DNA of 64,000 nucleotides from Actinomycetota bacterium (GCA_016870485.1 VGBM01000001.1:293068-357067); one strand, 5' to 3'; positions 52,298 through 61,921 are shown, numbered from the stretch's first letter. Notes: generated by a model not told the origin, from the letters alone. Numbers and translations are program-made.

Positions 52298-52352
52298 TTG
52301 ACAGCCGGCGCCCGTGCGGGACAATCGGCGGTGATCCCCCGACGGCAGGAGG
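52298..52352 (+). promoter_or_regulatory. Housekeeping-sigma-type promoter and RBS of the acidic microprotein
   Basis: TTGACA (52298-52303), 16-nt spacer, GACAAT (52320-52325); AGGAGG (52347-52352) 5 nt before the ATG. Confidence 0.7.
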
Positions 52353-52357
52353 CGACG

Positions 52358-52492
52358 ATGGCCGACGAGCCCGCAGACGACGAGATCGCCGAGGACGACG
52401 ACGAGGTGGAGATCGACGACCCCGACGCGCTGGCCGATGAGGACTGGAGCGACTTCACGTACGGCCAGGGCGGCGTCGACGAGGACGACTGA
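52358..52492 (+). CDS. 44-aa hyper-acidic small protein
   Basis: MADEPADDEIAEDDDEVEIDDPDALADEDWSDFTYGQGGVDEDD; strong RBS and promoter, GC3-biased codons. Confidence 0.7.
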   Translation: MADEPADDEIAEDDDEVEIDDPDALADEDWSDFTYGQGGVDEDD

Positions 52493-52535
52493 GCGCCGTC
52501 CGTAAGGCGCGCCGCCGGGTCGGCGACCCGGGGGC

Positions 52536-52769
52536 ATGCGCCTCCTCCGGATCGCCCTCGCGATCCCCCTGATCGCCGTCGGCGCCTACCTCGCCCTAGT
52601 CTCGCTGCTCGTCGGCTGCGCGAGCCTCGCCGCGGGTCCGCCGGAGCGGACGGGGCTCCCGCTCCTGACGGGCCTGCCGACCTCGCTCGGCGAGTGGGTC
52701 GTCGGCGCCGCGGGGATGGTGCTGATCGGCCTCGGCTGGGCGCTCGCCACGGGCGGGCGCCCGCGCTGA
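52536..52769 (+). CDS. Small two-TM membrane protein
   Basis: 77 aa with two hydrophobic segments; ATG start. Confidence 0.6.
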   Translation: MRLLRIALAIPLIAVGAYLALVSLLVGCASLAAGPPERTGLPLLTGLPTSLGEWVVGAAGMVLIGLGWALATGGRPR

Positions 52770-52773
52770 GGGG

Positions 52774-53907
52774 TCAGCCGATCCGGCCGGCGGCGTGCAG
52801 GAGCCCCACGACCTGCTCGCGCGGCAGGGCGGGCATCCGCCGGCCCTTGCGCCCCGTCATCTCGCGGTTGGCGACGAGCGCGTTGACGACGGCCTCCTCG
52901 ACGCACTGCACGACGGCCGCGAACAGCGGGTCGAGACGCCCCCAGGGCAGGAAGCGCAGGGCGGCGATCTCCGCGTCTGCGGGCTCGCCGAGCGGGAACC
53001 CCGTCGCGAACGCGCCCGGGTTGGCGGTGGACAGGGCGAGGAAGAGGTCGCCGGAGAAGTGCGAGCCCGTGGTGCCCGTGCGGGCGAGGCCGAGCGGGAC
53101 GCGCCGCGCGAGCGCCTTGGCCTGCTGGGGCAGAAGCGGCGCGTCGGTGGCGATGATGGCGATCACGGACCCCGCGCCGCGCGGCACCACCCAGTCGCTG
53201 TCGTTGAAGGGGTCGTCGGCGGCCAGCGCGGCGCCGAGCGGCACCCCGGCGATTGCAAGCTCGGGGCGGTCGCCGAAGTTGGCCTGCACGAAGGCGCCCA
53301 CGGTGTAGGCCCCGCTCCCCCATCTGACGACGCGCGAGGCGGTGCCGGAGCCGCCGCTGAAGCCGTAGCAGTTCATGCCGGTGCCGCCCCCGACGGAGCC
53401 CTCCTCGAGTGGCCCCGCGGCCGCGCCATCGAGGGCCGCGTGCACCTCGGCCTCGGTGATCCGCCGGCCGTAGAGGTCGTGGAGGAAGCCGTCCCAGGTC
53501 TCGGCGGCGACGGGCAGCATCCAGACGTCGTTGGGGTCCGGGTGGCGATCGGCCACCCACGACACGGTGGCGGCGTGCGCGAGGCCCACCGCGGCCGTCG
53601 AGGTGATCGTGATCGGCAGGGACGTGGTGCCGGACTCCTCGATCCAGGCCCAGCCCGTCAGCTCGCCGTTGCCGTTGAGCGAGTGCACCCCGGCCGCGCA
53701 GGGGTCGTAGGGGTTCGCCCGCCCGCGCGGGTGGATGGCCGTGACGCCGGTGCGCACGTCGTCGCCCTCGATCACCGTGGCGTAGCCCACCTCCAGCCCC
53801 GGCACGTCCGTGATCGCGTTGGCCGGGCCCGGGACGCCGTCGAAGGGGATCCCGAGGCCCCGGGCGCGGGGCAGGCCCGAGGGCGTCGCGCGGTGCGGGT
53901 CGGCCAT
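52774..53907 (-). CDS. P1/S58 family (DmpA-like) aminopeptidase
   Basis: NAITDVPGLEVG, RTGVTAI, NGNGELTG, GSVGGGTGM, HFSGDLF autoprocessing region, EEAVVNAL. Confidence 0.92.
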   Translation of the reverse strand: MADPHRATPSGLPRARGLGIPFDGVPGPANAITDVPGLEVGYATVIEGDDVRTGVTAIHPRGRANPYDPCAAGVHSLNGNGELTGWAWIEESGTTSLPITITSTAAVGLAHAATVSWVADRHPDPNDVWMLPVAAETWDGFLHDLYGRRITEAEVHAALDGAAAGPLEEGSVGGGTGMNCYGFSGGSGTASRVVRWGSGAYTVGAFVQANFGDRPELAIAGVPLGAALAADDPFNDSDWVVPRGAGSVIAIIATDAPLLPQQAKALARRVPLGLARTGTTGSHFSGDLFLALSTANPGAFATGFPLGEPADAEIAALRFLPWGRLDPLFAAVVQCVEEAVVNALVANREMTGRKGRRMPALPREQVVGLLHAAGRIG

Positions 53908-53991
53908 GCCGGGACCCTACCCGACCGGTGCGCGCCGAGCCGGTCAGCTCGATCGGCGATCGCTATGGGGATGCGGAAATACCCCGATTAC

Positions 53992-54008
53992 GATAGCCCG
54001 TGGCTATC
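53992..54008. promoter_or_regulatory. Perfect palindrome upstream of the fds operon, putative operator
   Basis: GATAGCC-CGT-GGCTATC; contains T-N11-A. Lies in an AT-richer divergent intergenic region. Confidence 0.5.
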
Positions 54009-54102
54009 ACAACAGAGGGGCTCGCGATTGGCGGTTGGCCGCCGCGCAGCGGATACTGCGCGGGACGGGCGGGACGCCGCCCGGGGACGCCGGGGAGCAG
54101 GC

Positions 54103-54582
54103 ATGACGGACGAGCAGACCGAGAGCGAGACCCACCGCCGGGCGACCGAGATCGCCACGGGCCTCGCGCACCTTGAAGGCCCCCTCCTGCCCATCCTCCA
54201 CGCCGTCCAGCACGAGTTCGGCTGCGTGCCCGAGGACGCGATCCGGGCGATCGCCAAGGTCCTCAACCTGGGCCGCGCCGAGGTGCACGGCACGATGACG
54301 TTCTACCCCGACTACCGCGCGGAGCCCGGCGGCGCCCACACGCTCAAGCTGTGCCGCGCCGAGGCCTGCCAGTCGATGGGCGGCGACGCCCTCGCCGACG
54401 AGGCGCGCCGGATCCTCGGCATCGACTTCCACGAGACGACCGCCGACGGCGCGCTCACCCTCGAGCCCGTCTACTGCCTCGGGCTCTGCGCCTGCGCGCC
54501 CGCGGCGATGCTCGACCACGAGGTCCACGGCCGTGTCACCGCGGAGACGATCGGCCGGATCGCCGAGGGGGTCGGCGCATGA
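54103..54582 (+). CDS. fdsG: NAD-dependent formate dehydrogenase gamma subunit (NuoE-like)
   Basis: From ATG 54103: GPLLPILHAVQ, AEVHGTMTFY, CRAEACQSMG, VYCLGLCACAP. Confidence 0.93.
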   Translation: MTDEQTESETHRRATEIATGLAHLEGPLLPILHAVQHEFGCVPEDAIRAIAKVLNLGRAEVHGTMTFYPDYRAEPGGAHTLKLCRAEACQSMGGDALADEARRILGIDFHETTADGALTLEPVYCLGLCACAPAAMLDHEVHGRVTAETIGRIAEGVGA

Positions 54583-56132
54583 CGCGCGTCTACGTCCCCC
54601 GCGACGCCGCCGCCCTCGCGCTCGGCGCCGACGCCGTCGTCGTCGCCCTCGAGACGGAGGCCGCCGTGCGCGGCCTCGACCTCGAGATCGTGCGCAACGG
54701 CTCGCGCGGCATGATCTGGCTCGAGCCCCTGGTCGAGGTCGAGACGGCGGCGGGCCGCGTCGCCTACGGCCCCGTCGGCGCCGCCGACGTGCCCGGGCTC
54801 CTCGACGCGGGCCTCCTCGACGGCGGCGACCACGCGCTCGGCCACGGCCCGACCGAGGAGATCCCCTTCCTCGCCCGCCAGACCCGCCTGACCTTCGCCC
54901 GCTGCGGCGTCACCGACCCGCTCTCGCTCGCCGACTACGAGGCGCACGGCGGCCTCCAGGGCCTGCGCGCCGCGATCGCGATGGCCCCGGCCGACGTCGT
55001 GCAGGCCGTCACCGACTCGGGCCTGCGCGGCCGCGGCGGCGCCGGCTTCCCGACGGGCATCAAGTGGCGCACCGTCCTCGAGACGAGCGCGGACCGCAAG
55101 TACATCGTCTGCAACGCCGACGAGGGCGACTCCGGCACCTTCGCCGACCGCATGATCATGGAGGGCGACCCCTTCGTCCTGATCGAGGGCATGGCCATCA
55201 GCGGCCTCGCCGTCGAGGCCACCAAGGGCTTCATCTACGTGCGCTCCGAGTACCCGCACGCGATCGAGGCGCTCGAGTCCGCGATCGCCACCGCGAACGC
55301 GCACGGCATCCTCGGCCCCGACGTGCTCGGGTCGGGCCGCGCCTTCGACCTCGAGGTGCGGGTCGGCGCCGGCGCCTACGTCTGCGGCGAGGAGACCTCG
55401 CTCCTCAACAGCCTCGAGGGCAAGCGCGGCATCGTGCGCTCGAAGCCGCCGCTGCCCGCCCACGAGGGGCTGTTCGGCAAGCCGACGGTGGTCAACAACG
55501 TGATCTCGCTGGCCTCCGTGCCGGTGATCCTCGCCGCGGGCCCCGCCGCCTACCAGGAGTACGGCGTCGGCCGCTCGCGCGGCACGATCCCGATCCAGCT
55601 GGCCGGCAACGTCAGGCACGGCGGCCTCTTCGAGGCGGCCTTCGGCATGACGCTCGGCGAGCTCGTCGACGACGTCTGCGGCGGCACCGCCTCGGGCCGG
55701 CCCGTCAAGGCCGTCCAGGTCGGCGGCCCGCTCGGCGCCTACTTCCCCCGCGCGCTCTTCGACACCCCGTTCGACTACGAGGCGTTCGCCGCCAAGGACG
55801 GGCTGATCGGCCACGCCGGCGTGACCGTCTTCGACGACACCGCCGACATGCTCAGCCAGGCCCGCTTCGCCTTCGAGTTCTGCGCCGTCGAGAGCTGCGG
55901 CAAGTGCACCCCGTGCCGGATCGGCTCGACGCGCGGCGTCGAGACGATCGAGAAGATCCGCCGGGGCGAGGACGTCCCCGCCCAGATCGAGCTGATCGAG
56001 GACCTCTGCGAGACCATGAAGTACGGCTCGCTGTGCGCCCTCGGCGGCTTCACCCCGTACCCCGTGATGAGCGTGCTCAACCACTTCCGCGACGAGGTCG
56101 TCTCCGCGCCGCAGGAGACCCCCGCCCGCTAG
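54579..56132 (+). CDS. fdsB: NAD-dependent formate dehydrogenase beta subunit (NuoF-like)
   Basis: SGLRGRGGAGFPTG, CNADEGDSGTF, GAYVCGEETSL, CGKCTPCR, SLCALG. Confidence 0.95.
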   Translation: MTRVYVPRDAAALALGADAVVVALETEAAVRGLDLEIVRNGSRGMIWLEPLVEVETAAGRVAYGPVGAADVPGLLDAGLLDGGDHALGHGPTEEIPFLARQTRLTFARCGVTDPLSLADYEAHGGLQGLRAAIAMAPADVVQAVTDSGLRGRGGAGFPTGIKWRTVLETSADRKYIVCNADEGDSGTFADRMIMEGDPFVLIEGMAISGLAVEATKGFIYVRSEYPHAIEALESAIATANAHGILGPDVLGSGRAFDLEVRVGAGAYVCGEETSLLNSLEGKRGIVRSKPPLPAHEGLFGKPTVVNNVISLASVPVILAAGPAAYQEYGVGRSRGTIPIQLAGNVRHGGLFEAAFGMTLGELVDDVCGGTASGRPVKAVQVGGPLGAYFPRALFDTPFDYEAFAAKDGLIGHAGVTVFDDTADMLSQARFAFEFCAVESCGKCTPCRIGSTRGVETIEKIRRGEDVPAQIELIEDLCETMKYGSLCALGGFTPYPVMSVLNHFRDEVVSAPQETPAR

Positions 56133-56149
56133 GCCGCGAGGAGGATGCG

Positions 56150-59035
56150 ATGACCCTGATCCACGAGACCGACTACGGCACCCCCGCCTCGAGGGCCGAG
56201 GAGACCGTCACCCTCACCGTCGACGGCTTCGCGGTGACGGTGCCCGCGGGCACGTCGATCATGCGCGCCGCCGTCGAGGCCGGCATCGAGATCCCGAAGC
56301 TGTGCGCGACCGACATGCTCGACGCGTTCGGCTCGTGCCGCCTCTGCCTGGTGGAGATCGACGGTCGCAACGGCACCCCCTCCTCCTGCACGACGCCCGT
56401 GGCCGAGGGCCTCGTCGTGCGCACGCAGACCGAGCGCCTGAAGCAGCTGCGCCGCGGCGTGATGGAGCTCTACATCTCCGACCACCCCCTCGACTGCCTG
56501 ACCTGCGCCGCCAACGGCGACTGCGAGCTGCAGGACCAGGCCGGCGTCGTCGGCCTGCGCGCCGTCCGCTACGGCTACGACGGCGACAACCACGTCTTCC
56601 CGAAGACCCGCGACGGGGCCGACAACTTCAAGTACATGGCGAAGGACGAGTCGAACCCGTACTTCGCCTACGACCCCTCCAAGTGCATCGTCTGCTCGCG
56701 CTGCGTGCGCGCCTGCGAGGAGGTGCAGGGCACCTTCGCCCTGACGATCGAGGGCCGCGGCTTCGAGAGCCGCGTCTCGGCCGGCATGCACGAGTCGTTC
56801 CTCAACTCCGACTGCGTCTCCTGCGGCGCCTGCGTGCAGGCCTGCCCGACGGGCACGCTGATGGAGAAGTCGGTCTACGAGATCGGCACCCCCGACCGCT
56901 CCGTGGTCACGACCTGCGCCTACTGCGGCGTCGGCTGCAACTTCAAGGCCGAGCTGCGCGGCGACGAGCTCGTGCGGATGGTGCCCTATCGTGAAGGCAA
57001 GGCCAACCGCGGCCACTCGTGCGTCAAGGGCCGCTTCGCCTTCGGCTACGCCGCGCACCCCGACCGCATCCTCAACCCGATGGTCCGCGACGCGGTCACC
57101 GACCCCTGGCGCGAGGTCAGCTGGGACGAGGCCTTCGCGTACGTCGCCGAGCGCTTCACGGCGATCCAGGCCGAGCACGGCGTCGCCTCGGTCGGCGGCA
57201 TCACCTCGTCGCGCTGCACGAACGAGGAGACCTACCTCGTCCAGAAGCTGATCCGCCAGGGCTTCCGCAACAACAACGTCGACACCTGCGCGCGCGTCTG
57301 CCACTCGCCGACCGGCTACGGCCTCGGCCAGACCTACGGCACCTCCGCGGGCACCCAGGACTTCGACTCGGTCGAGCACACCGACGTCGTGATCGTGATC
57401 GGCGCCAACCCGACGGACGGCCACCCCGTCTTCGCCTCGCGCCTCAAGCGGCGCCTGCGCCAGGGCGCCCGGCTGATCATCGTCGACCCGCGCCGCATCG
57501 ACCTCGTGCGCAGCGCCCACATCGAGGCCGACTACCACCTGCCGCTGACCCCCGGCACCAACGTCGCCGTGGTCACCGCGCTCGCGCACGTGATCGCGAT
57601 GGAGGGCCTCTACGACGAGGCCTTCATCCGCGAGCGCTGCGACTGGGACGAGTTCCAGGACTACATCGACTTCGTCTCCGACCTGCGCCACTCGCCCGAG
57701 GCCCTCGAGGCCGTCACGGGCGTCCCCGCCGACCAGCTGCGCGGCGCGGCCCGCCTCTACGCGACCGGCGGCAACGGCGCGATCTACTACGGCCTCGGCG
57801 TCACCGAGCACTCGCAGGGCTCGACGACCGTGATGGCGATCGCGAACCTCGCGATGCTGACCGGCAACATCGGCCGCCCCGGCGTCGGCGTCAACCCGCT
57901 GCGCGGCCAGAACAACGTGCAGGGCGCCTGCGACATGGGCTCCTTCCCGCACGAGCTGCCCGGCTACCGCCACGTCTCCGGCGAGGAGGTGCGCGACGTC
58001 TACGAGGAGATCTGGGGCGTCCCGATCTCGTCCGAGCCCGGCCTGCGCATCCCCAACATGCTCGACGCGGCCGTCGAGGGCACCTTCAAGGGCATCTACA
58101 TCCAGGGCGAGGACATCCTCCAGTCCGACCCCAACACGCACCATGTGCAGGCGGGCCTCGCCGCGATGGACTGCGTCGTCGTCCACGACCTGTTCCTCAA
58201 CGAGACGGCCAACTACGCGCACGTCTTCCTGCCCGGCTCGACCTTCCTGGAGAAGGACGGCACCTTCACGAACGCCGAGCGCCGCATCAACCGCGTGCGC
58301 GAGGTGATCGCGCCCCGCAACGGCCTCGCCGACTGGGAGGTCACGCAGCGCCTCGCGCAGGCGATGGGCCTCGACTGGAGCTACGGCCACCCGTCCGAGA
58401 TCATGGACGAGATCAGCCGCACCACCCCGACCTTCACGGGCGTCTCGTACGACCTGCTCGACGAGGTCGGCTCCGTGCAGTGGCCCTGCAACGAGAAGGC
58501 CCCGCTCGGCACGCCCGTCATGCACGTCGACGGCTTCGTGCGCGGCAAGGGCCGCTTCATCCGCACCGAGTACGTGGCCACCGACGAGCGCACCGGGCCG
58601 CGCTTCCCGCTGCTCCTCACCACCGGCCGGTTCCTCTCCCAGTACAACGTGGGCGCCCAGACGCGGCGCACCGCCAACGTCATCTGGCACGAGCAGGACA
58701 TCCTCGAGATCCACCCGCACGACGCGGAGCAGCGCGGCATCGGCGAGGGCGACCTCGTCACGCTCGCGAGCCGCGCCGGCGAGACCTCGCTCAAGGCCAC
58801 GATCACCGACCGGGTCTCCCCCGGCGTCGTCTACACGACCTTCCACCACCCCGACACGCAGGCCAACGTGATCACGACGGACTTCTCCGACTGGGCGACG
58901 AACTGCCCGGAGTACAAGGTCACGGCCGTCCAGGTCACGCCCGCCTCGCAGCGCACGGAGTGGCAGGAGGAGTACGCCGAGCACGCGGAGCTGAGCCGCC
59001 GGATCATCGAGCGAGAGCCCGTCCATGGCGACTGA
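56150..59035 (+). CDS. fdsA: NAD-dependent formate dehydrogenase alpha (Mo-bisMGD) subunit
   Basis: From ATG 56150: N-terminal Fe-S clusters (CRLC, CLTC, CIVCSRC, CVSCGAC), CAYCGVGC, DTCARVCH (Cys-His Mo ligand, no Sec), LRGQNNVQG. Confidence 0.96.
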   Translation: MTLIHETDYGTPASRAEETVTLTVDGFAVTVPAGTSIMRAAVEAGIEIPKLCATDMLDAFGSCRLCLVEIDGRNGTPSSCTTPVAEGLVVRTQTERLKQLRRGVMELYISDHPLDCLTCAANGDCELQDQAGVVGLRAVRYGYDGDNHVFPKTRDGADNFKYMAKDESNPYFAYDPSKCIVCSRCVRACEEVQGTFALTIEGRGFESRVSAGMHESFLNSDCVSCGACVQACPTGTLMEKSVYEIGTPDRSVVTTCAYCGVGCNFKAELRGDELVRMVPYREGKANRGHSCVKGRFAFGYAAHPDRILNPMVRDAVTDPWREVSWDEAFAYVAERFTAIQAEHGVASVGGITSSRCTNEETYLVQKLIRQGFRNNNVDTCARVCHSPTGYGLGQTYGTSAGTQDFDSVEHTDVVIVIGANPTDGHPVFASRLKRRLRQGARLIIVDPRRIDLVRSAHIEADYHLPLTPGTNVAVVTALAHVIAMEGLYDEAFIRERCDWDEFQDYIDFVSDLRHSPEALEAVTGVPADQLRGAARLYATGGNGAIYYGLGVTEHSQGSTTVMAIANLAMLTGNIGRPGVGVNPLRGQNNVQGACDMGSFPHELPGYRHVSGEEVRDVYEEIWGVPISSEPGLRIPNMLDAAVEGTFKGIYIQGEDILQSDPNTHHVQAGLAAMDCVVVHDLFLNETANYAHVFLPGSTFLEKDGTFTNAERRINRVREVIAPRNGLADWEVTQRLAQAMGLDWSYGHPSEIMDEISRTTPTFTGVSYDLLDEVGSVQWPCNEKAPLGTPVMHVDGFVRGKGRFIRTEYVATDERTGPRFPLLLTTGRFLSQYNVGAQTRRTANVIWHEQDILEIHPHDAEQRGIGEGDLVTLASRAGETSLKATITDRVSPGVVYTTFHHPDTQANVITTDFSDWATNCPEYKVTAVQVTPASQRTEWQEEYAEHAELSRRIIEREPVHGD

Positions 59036-59255
59036 GACCCTGGTGCGGATGGCGAACCAGATCGCCACCTTCTTCCACTCGATGCCCGAGGCCGAGCGCG
59101 TCCCCGGCGTGGCCACCCACATCAACAAGTTCTGGGAGCCGCGCATGCGCGCGGAGCTCTTCCAGCTGATCGACGCGGGCGGCGACGGCCTCGACCCGCT
59201 GGTGCTCGAGGCGGCGGACCAGATCCGCCGGCCCGAGCACGTCGACGCGCGCTAG
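59025..59255 (+). CDS. fdsD: Formate dehydrogenase delta subunit
   Basis: LVRMANQIATFF..VATHINKFWEPRMR. Confidence 0.93.
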   Translation: MATETLVRMANQIATFFHSMPEAERVPGVATHINKFWEPRMRAELFQLIDAGGDGLDPLVLEAADQIRRPEHVDAR

Positions 59256-59271
59256 CGGTGGGCGGCGCTAG

Positions 59272-59478
59272 CCGCCGGGCGAGGTGCGCACCCTGACCGT
59301 GACCGACGACTGCGAGGAGATGCAGACGGTGTTCTTCATCCTCGGACCCGTCCTCTACACGGACGAGCACGAGGTCGTGGTCCACGTCGAGGACAACGTC
59401 GGGCTGATCCAGCACTGCAAGAAGGCCGACAAGGCGAACGGCCTCGGCGAGGACTTCGTCGAGCAGTTCAGCCGCTGA
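59272..59478 (+). pseudogene. C-terminal remnant of a 2,4'-dihydroxyacetophenone dioxygenase (DAD)-like cupin
   Basis: Directly after an in-frame TAG: PPGEVRTLTV..EEMQTVFFILGPVLY.D...ED......CKK....GLGEDFVEQF.R. Recalled family resemblance; the N-terminal part is absent. Confidence 0.6.
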
Positions 59479-59608
59479 CGCCCCCGGCGCGCGCCCCTTG
59501 GACGCGCGCCGCGGAGCGGGTAGTGTGCCGTCGAACGGGCGGCCCGACCCCGGGCCGGGCCCGTCGACACGGATGCGGTGCCCCCGGGCGCCGGGGAGGA
59601 GAGACAGC

Positions 59609-60739
59609 ATGGCGACCGGGTTCCTCTGGCATGAGCGCTACGCCTGGCACAACACGGGCCGCGGGTCGGGCCCCTACCACGCGGACGCCTCCGCCTGGAA
59701 CGAGCCCGACGTGCGCCACAGCGAGAACGCGGACGGCAAGCGCCGCTTCCGCAACCTGCTCGACGTGACGGGCCTGCTCGACCAGCTCGTCGTGCTGACG
59801 CCGCGCCCGGCCACCGTCGAGGAGGTCTGCCGCTTCCACACCCCCGACTACGTCGAGCGGATCGCCGCGATGTCGGCGATGCACGGCGGCGACGCCGACA
59901 TGAACGTCGGCGAGGGCGTGCCGTTCGGCAAGGGCTCCTACGAGGTGGCCCTGCTCGCGGCGGGCGGCACGATCACGATGTGCGACGCGATCATGGACGG
60001 CACGGTCGCCAACGGCTACGCGCTGACGCGCCCGCCGGGCCACCACGCGCTCGCCGACTCCGGGATGGGCTTCTGCATCTTCGGCAACGCCGCGATCGCC
60101 GCGCACCACCTGCTCGCCGCCCGCGGGCTGAGCCGCGTCGCGATCGTCGACTGGGACGTCCACCACGGCAACGGCACGCAGGCCGCCTTCTACGACGACC
60201 CGCGCGTCCTCACGATCTCGCTCCACCAGGACAACAACTTCCCGCCGGACTCGGGCCTCCTGACCGAGACGGGCACGGGCGACGGCACGGGCACGAGCCT
60301 CAACGTGCCGCTCCCGCCGGGCTCGGGCAACGGCGCCTACGAGGAGGCCTTCCGGCGCGTCGTGGTGCCCGCCCTCGAGCGCTTCCAGCCGGAGTTCATC
60401 ATCATCGCGTCGGGCTTCGACGCCTCGGCCTGGGACCCGCTCGGCCGGCAGATGGTGACCCCGCGCGGCTACGGCCGCCTGACCCGCCAGATGCTCGACG
60501 CCGCGGGCGCGATCTGCGGCGGCCGACTCGCCCTCACCCACGAGGGCGGCTACTCCGAGGTGCTGGTGCCGTTCTGCGGCCTCGCCGTGATGGAGGAGCT
60601 CAGCGGCATCGAGACGGAGGCACGCGGCTCCATGCTCTACGAGACCGGCGACATCATGGGCTACCAGGACCTGCAGGCCCACCAGGCCGCCGTGATCGAC
60701 GCGGCCGCGGCCCTGATCGACGGGATCCCGACGCCGTAG
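59609..60739 (+). CDS. Class II histone deacetylase-like amidohydrolase (HDAH/acetylpolyamine amidohydrolase family)
   Basis: From ATG 59609 (RBS GGAGGAG): RPPGHH, GFCIFGN, DWDVHHGNGTQ, GFDA, EGGY. Confidence 0.93.
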   Translation: MATGFLWHERYAWHNTGRGSGPYHADASAWNEPDVRHSENADGKRRFRNLLDVTGLLDQLVVLTPRPATVEEVCRFHTPDYVERIAAMSAMHGGDADMNVGEGVPFGKGSYEVALLAAGGTITMCDAIMDGTVANGYALTRPPGHHALADSGMGFCIFGNAAIAAHHLLAARGLSRVAIVDWDVHHGNGTQAAFYDDPRVLTISLHQDNNFPPDSGLLTETGTGDGTGTSLNVPLPPGSGNGAYEEAFRRVVVPALERFQPEFIIIASGFDASAWDPLGRQMVTPRGYGRLTRQMLDAAGAICGGRLALTHEGGYSEVLVPFCGLAVMEELSGIETEARGSMLYETGDIMGYQDLQAHQAAVIDAAAALIDGIPTP

Positions 60740-60761
60740 CGCGAGCGAGGCCGCGGAGACC

Positions 60762-61913
60762 GTGCCGACGCCGGGCTCCGCGGCCGCCGTGCTCTGCGAT
60801 CATCGTCCCGTGCGCACCTGCCGCGCAGCCATCCTCGAGGCCTACGACGCCCCGCTGGTGATCCGCGACGACCTCGAGGTCGCGGGTCCCGAGCCGGGCG
60901 AGGTGCTGGTGCGGCTCGGCGCGAGCGGCGTCTGCCGCTCGGACCTGCACTCGATCGACTGGACCGACCGCCTGCCCCTGCCCTCGATGCTCGGCCACGA
61001 GGGCGCGGGCACCGTCGAGGCCGTCGGCACCGGGGTCGAGTCGGTCCGGGTCGGCGACCGCGTCGTGATGGCGTGGGTGGCGCCGTGCGGCACGTGCCGC
61101 ATGTGCCGCCGCGAGCGCCCGGCGCTCTGCACCGAGCAGGGCGGCTACGAGGCGGGCTTCATGGTCGACGGCACGAGCCGCTACTCGCTCCAGGGCCAGA
61201 CGGTGCACCACTACTCCTGCTCGACGTTCTCCGAGTACGCCGTGATCCCCGAGGTGGCGGCGATCCGGGTCGAGACGGACCTGCCCTGGGAGCATCTGGC
61301 CCTGATCGGCTGCGCGGTCACGACGGGGGTCGGCGCGGCCATCAACACCGCCCGGGTGCGGCCCGGCGACACCGTCGCCGTCGTCGGCTGCGGCGGTGTC
61401 GGCCTCAGCGCCATCCAGGGCGCCCGCATCGCCGGGGCCTCCCGGATCATCGCCGTCGACACGCAGACCTCCAAGCTCGCCCTGGCCCGCACGTTCGGAG
61501 CCACCGACGCCGTGGATGCCGCGACGGCCGACCCGGTCGAGGCCGTGCGCGAGCTGACCGGCGGCGTCGACCACGCCTTCGAGGCCCTCGGCCTCCTCCC
61601 CACCATCGACCAGGCGATCCGGATGACGGGCCGCGGCGGCCAGACCACCCTGATCGGGATGGTCGAGGCCCACGAGCTGACCGAGATCGCGACGATGCCG
61701 ATGATCGTCGAGGAGCGGGCGATCGCCGCCTCCTGGTACGGCACGTTCGTGCCGCAGCGCGACTGGCCGAAGATCGTGGGCTGGCTCGAGTCCGGCGACC
61801 TGATGCTCGACCAGATGATCGAGCGGATCGCACTCGACGACGTCAACACGGCCTTCGACCGCATCCGCACGTCGGAGGCGGCGCGGCAGGTCGTGGTCTT
61901 CGACGGGGCCTGA
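60762..61913 (+). CDS. Zinc-dependent alcohol dehydrogenase (MDR family)
   Basis: GVCRSDLH, GHEGAG, CGTCRMC..C, GCAVTTG, GCGGVG. Confidence 0.94.
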   Translation: MPTPGSAAAVLCDHRPVRTCRAAILEAYDAPLVIRDDLEVAGPEPGEVLVRLGASGVCRSDLHSIDWTDRLPLPSMLGHEGAGTVEAVGTGVESVRVGDRVVMAWVAPCGTCRMCRRERPALCTEQGGYEAGFMVDGTSRYSLQGQTVHHYSCSTFSEYAVIPEVAAIRVETDLPWEHLALIGCAVTTGVGAAINTARVRPGDTVAVVGCGGVGLSAIQGARIAGASRIIAVDTQTSKLALARTFGATDAVDAATADPVEAVRELTGGVDHAFEALGLLPTIDQAIRMTGRGGQTTLIGMVEAHELTEIATMPMIVEERAIAASWYGTFVPQRDWPKIVGWLESGDLMLDQMIERIALDDVNTAFDRIRTSEAARQVVVFDGA

Positions 61914-61921
61914 GCGCGGCC

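Noticed and set aside
52358-52492. Acidic microprotein as a Pup (prokaryotic ubiquitin-like protein) homolog
   Set aside because: It does not end in GGQ/GGE, and no pafA/dop/proteasome genes are nearby.
56150-59035. Selenocysteine-containing FDH
   Set aside because: The active-site codon is TGC (VCH), with no in-frame TGA.
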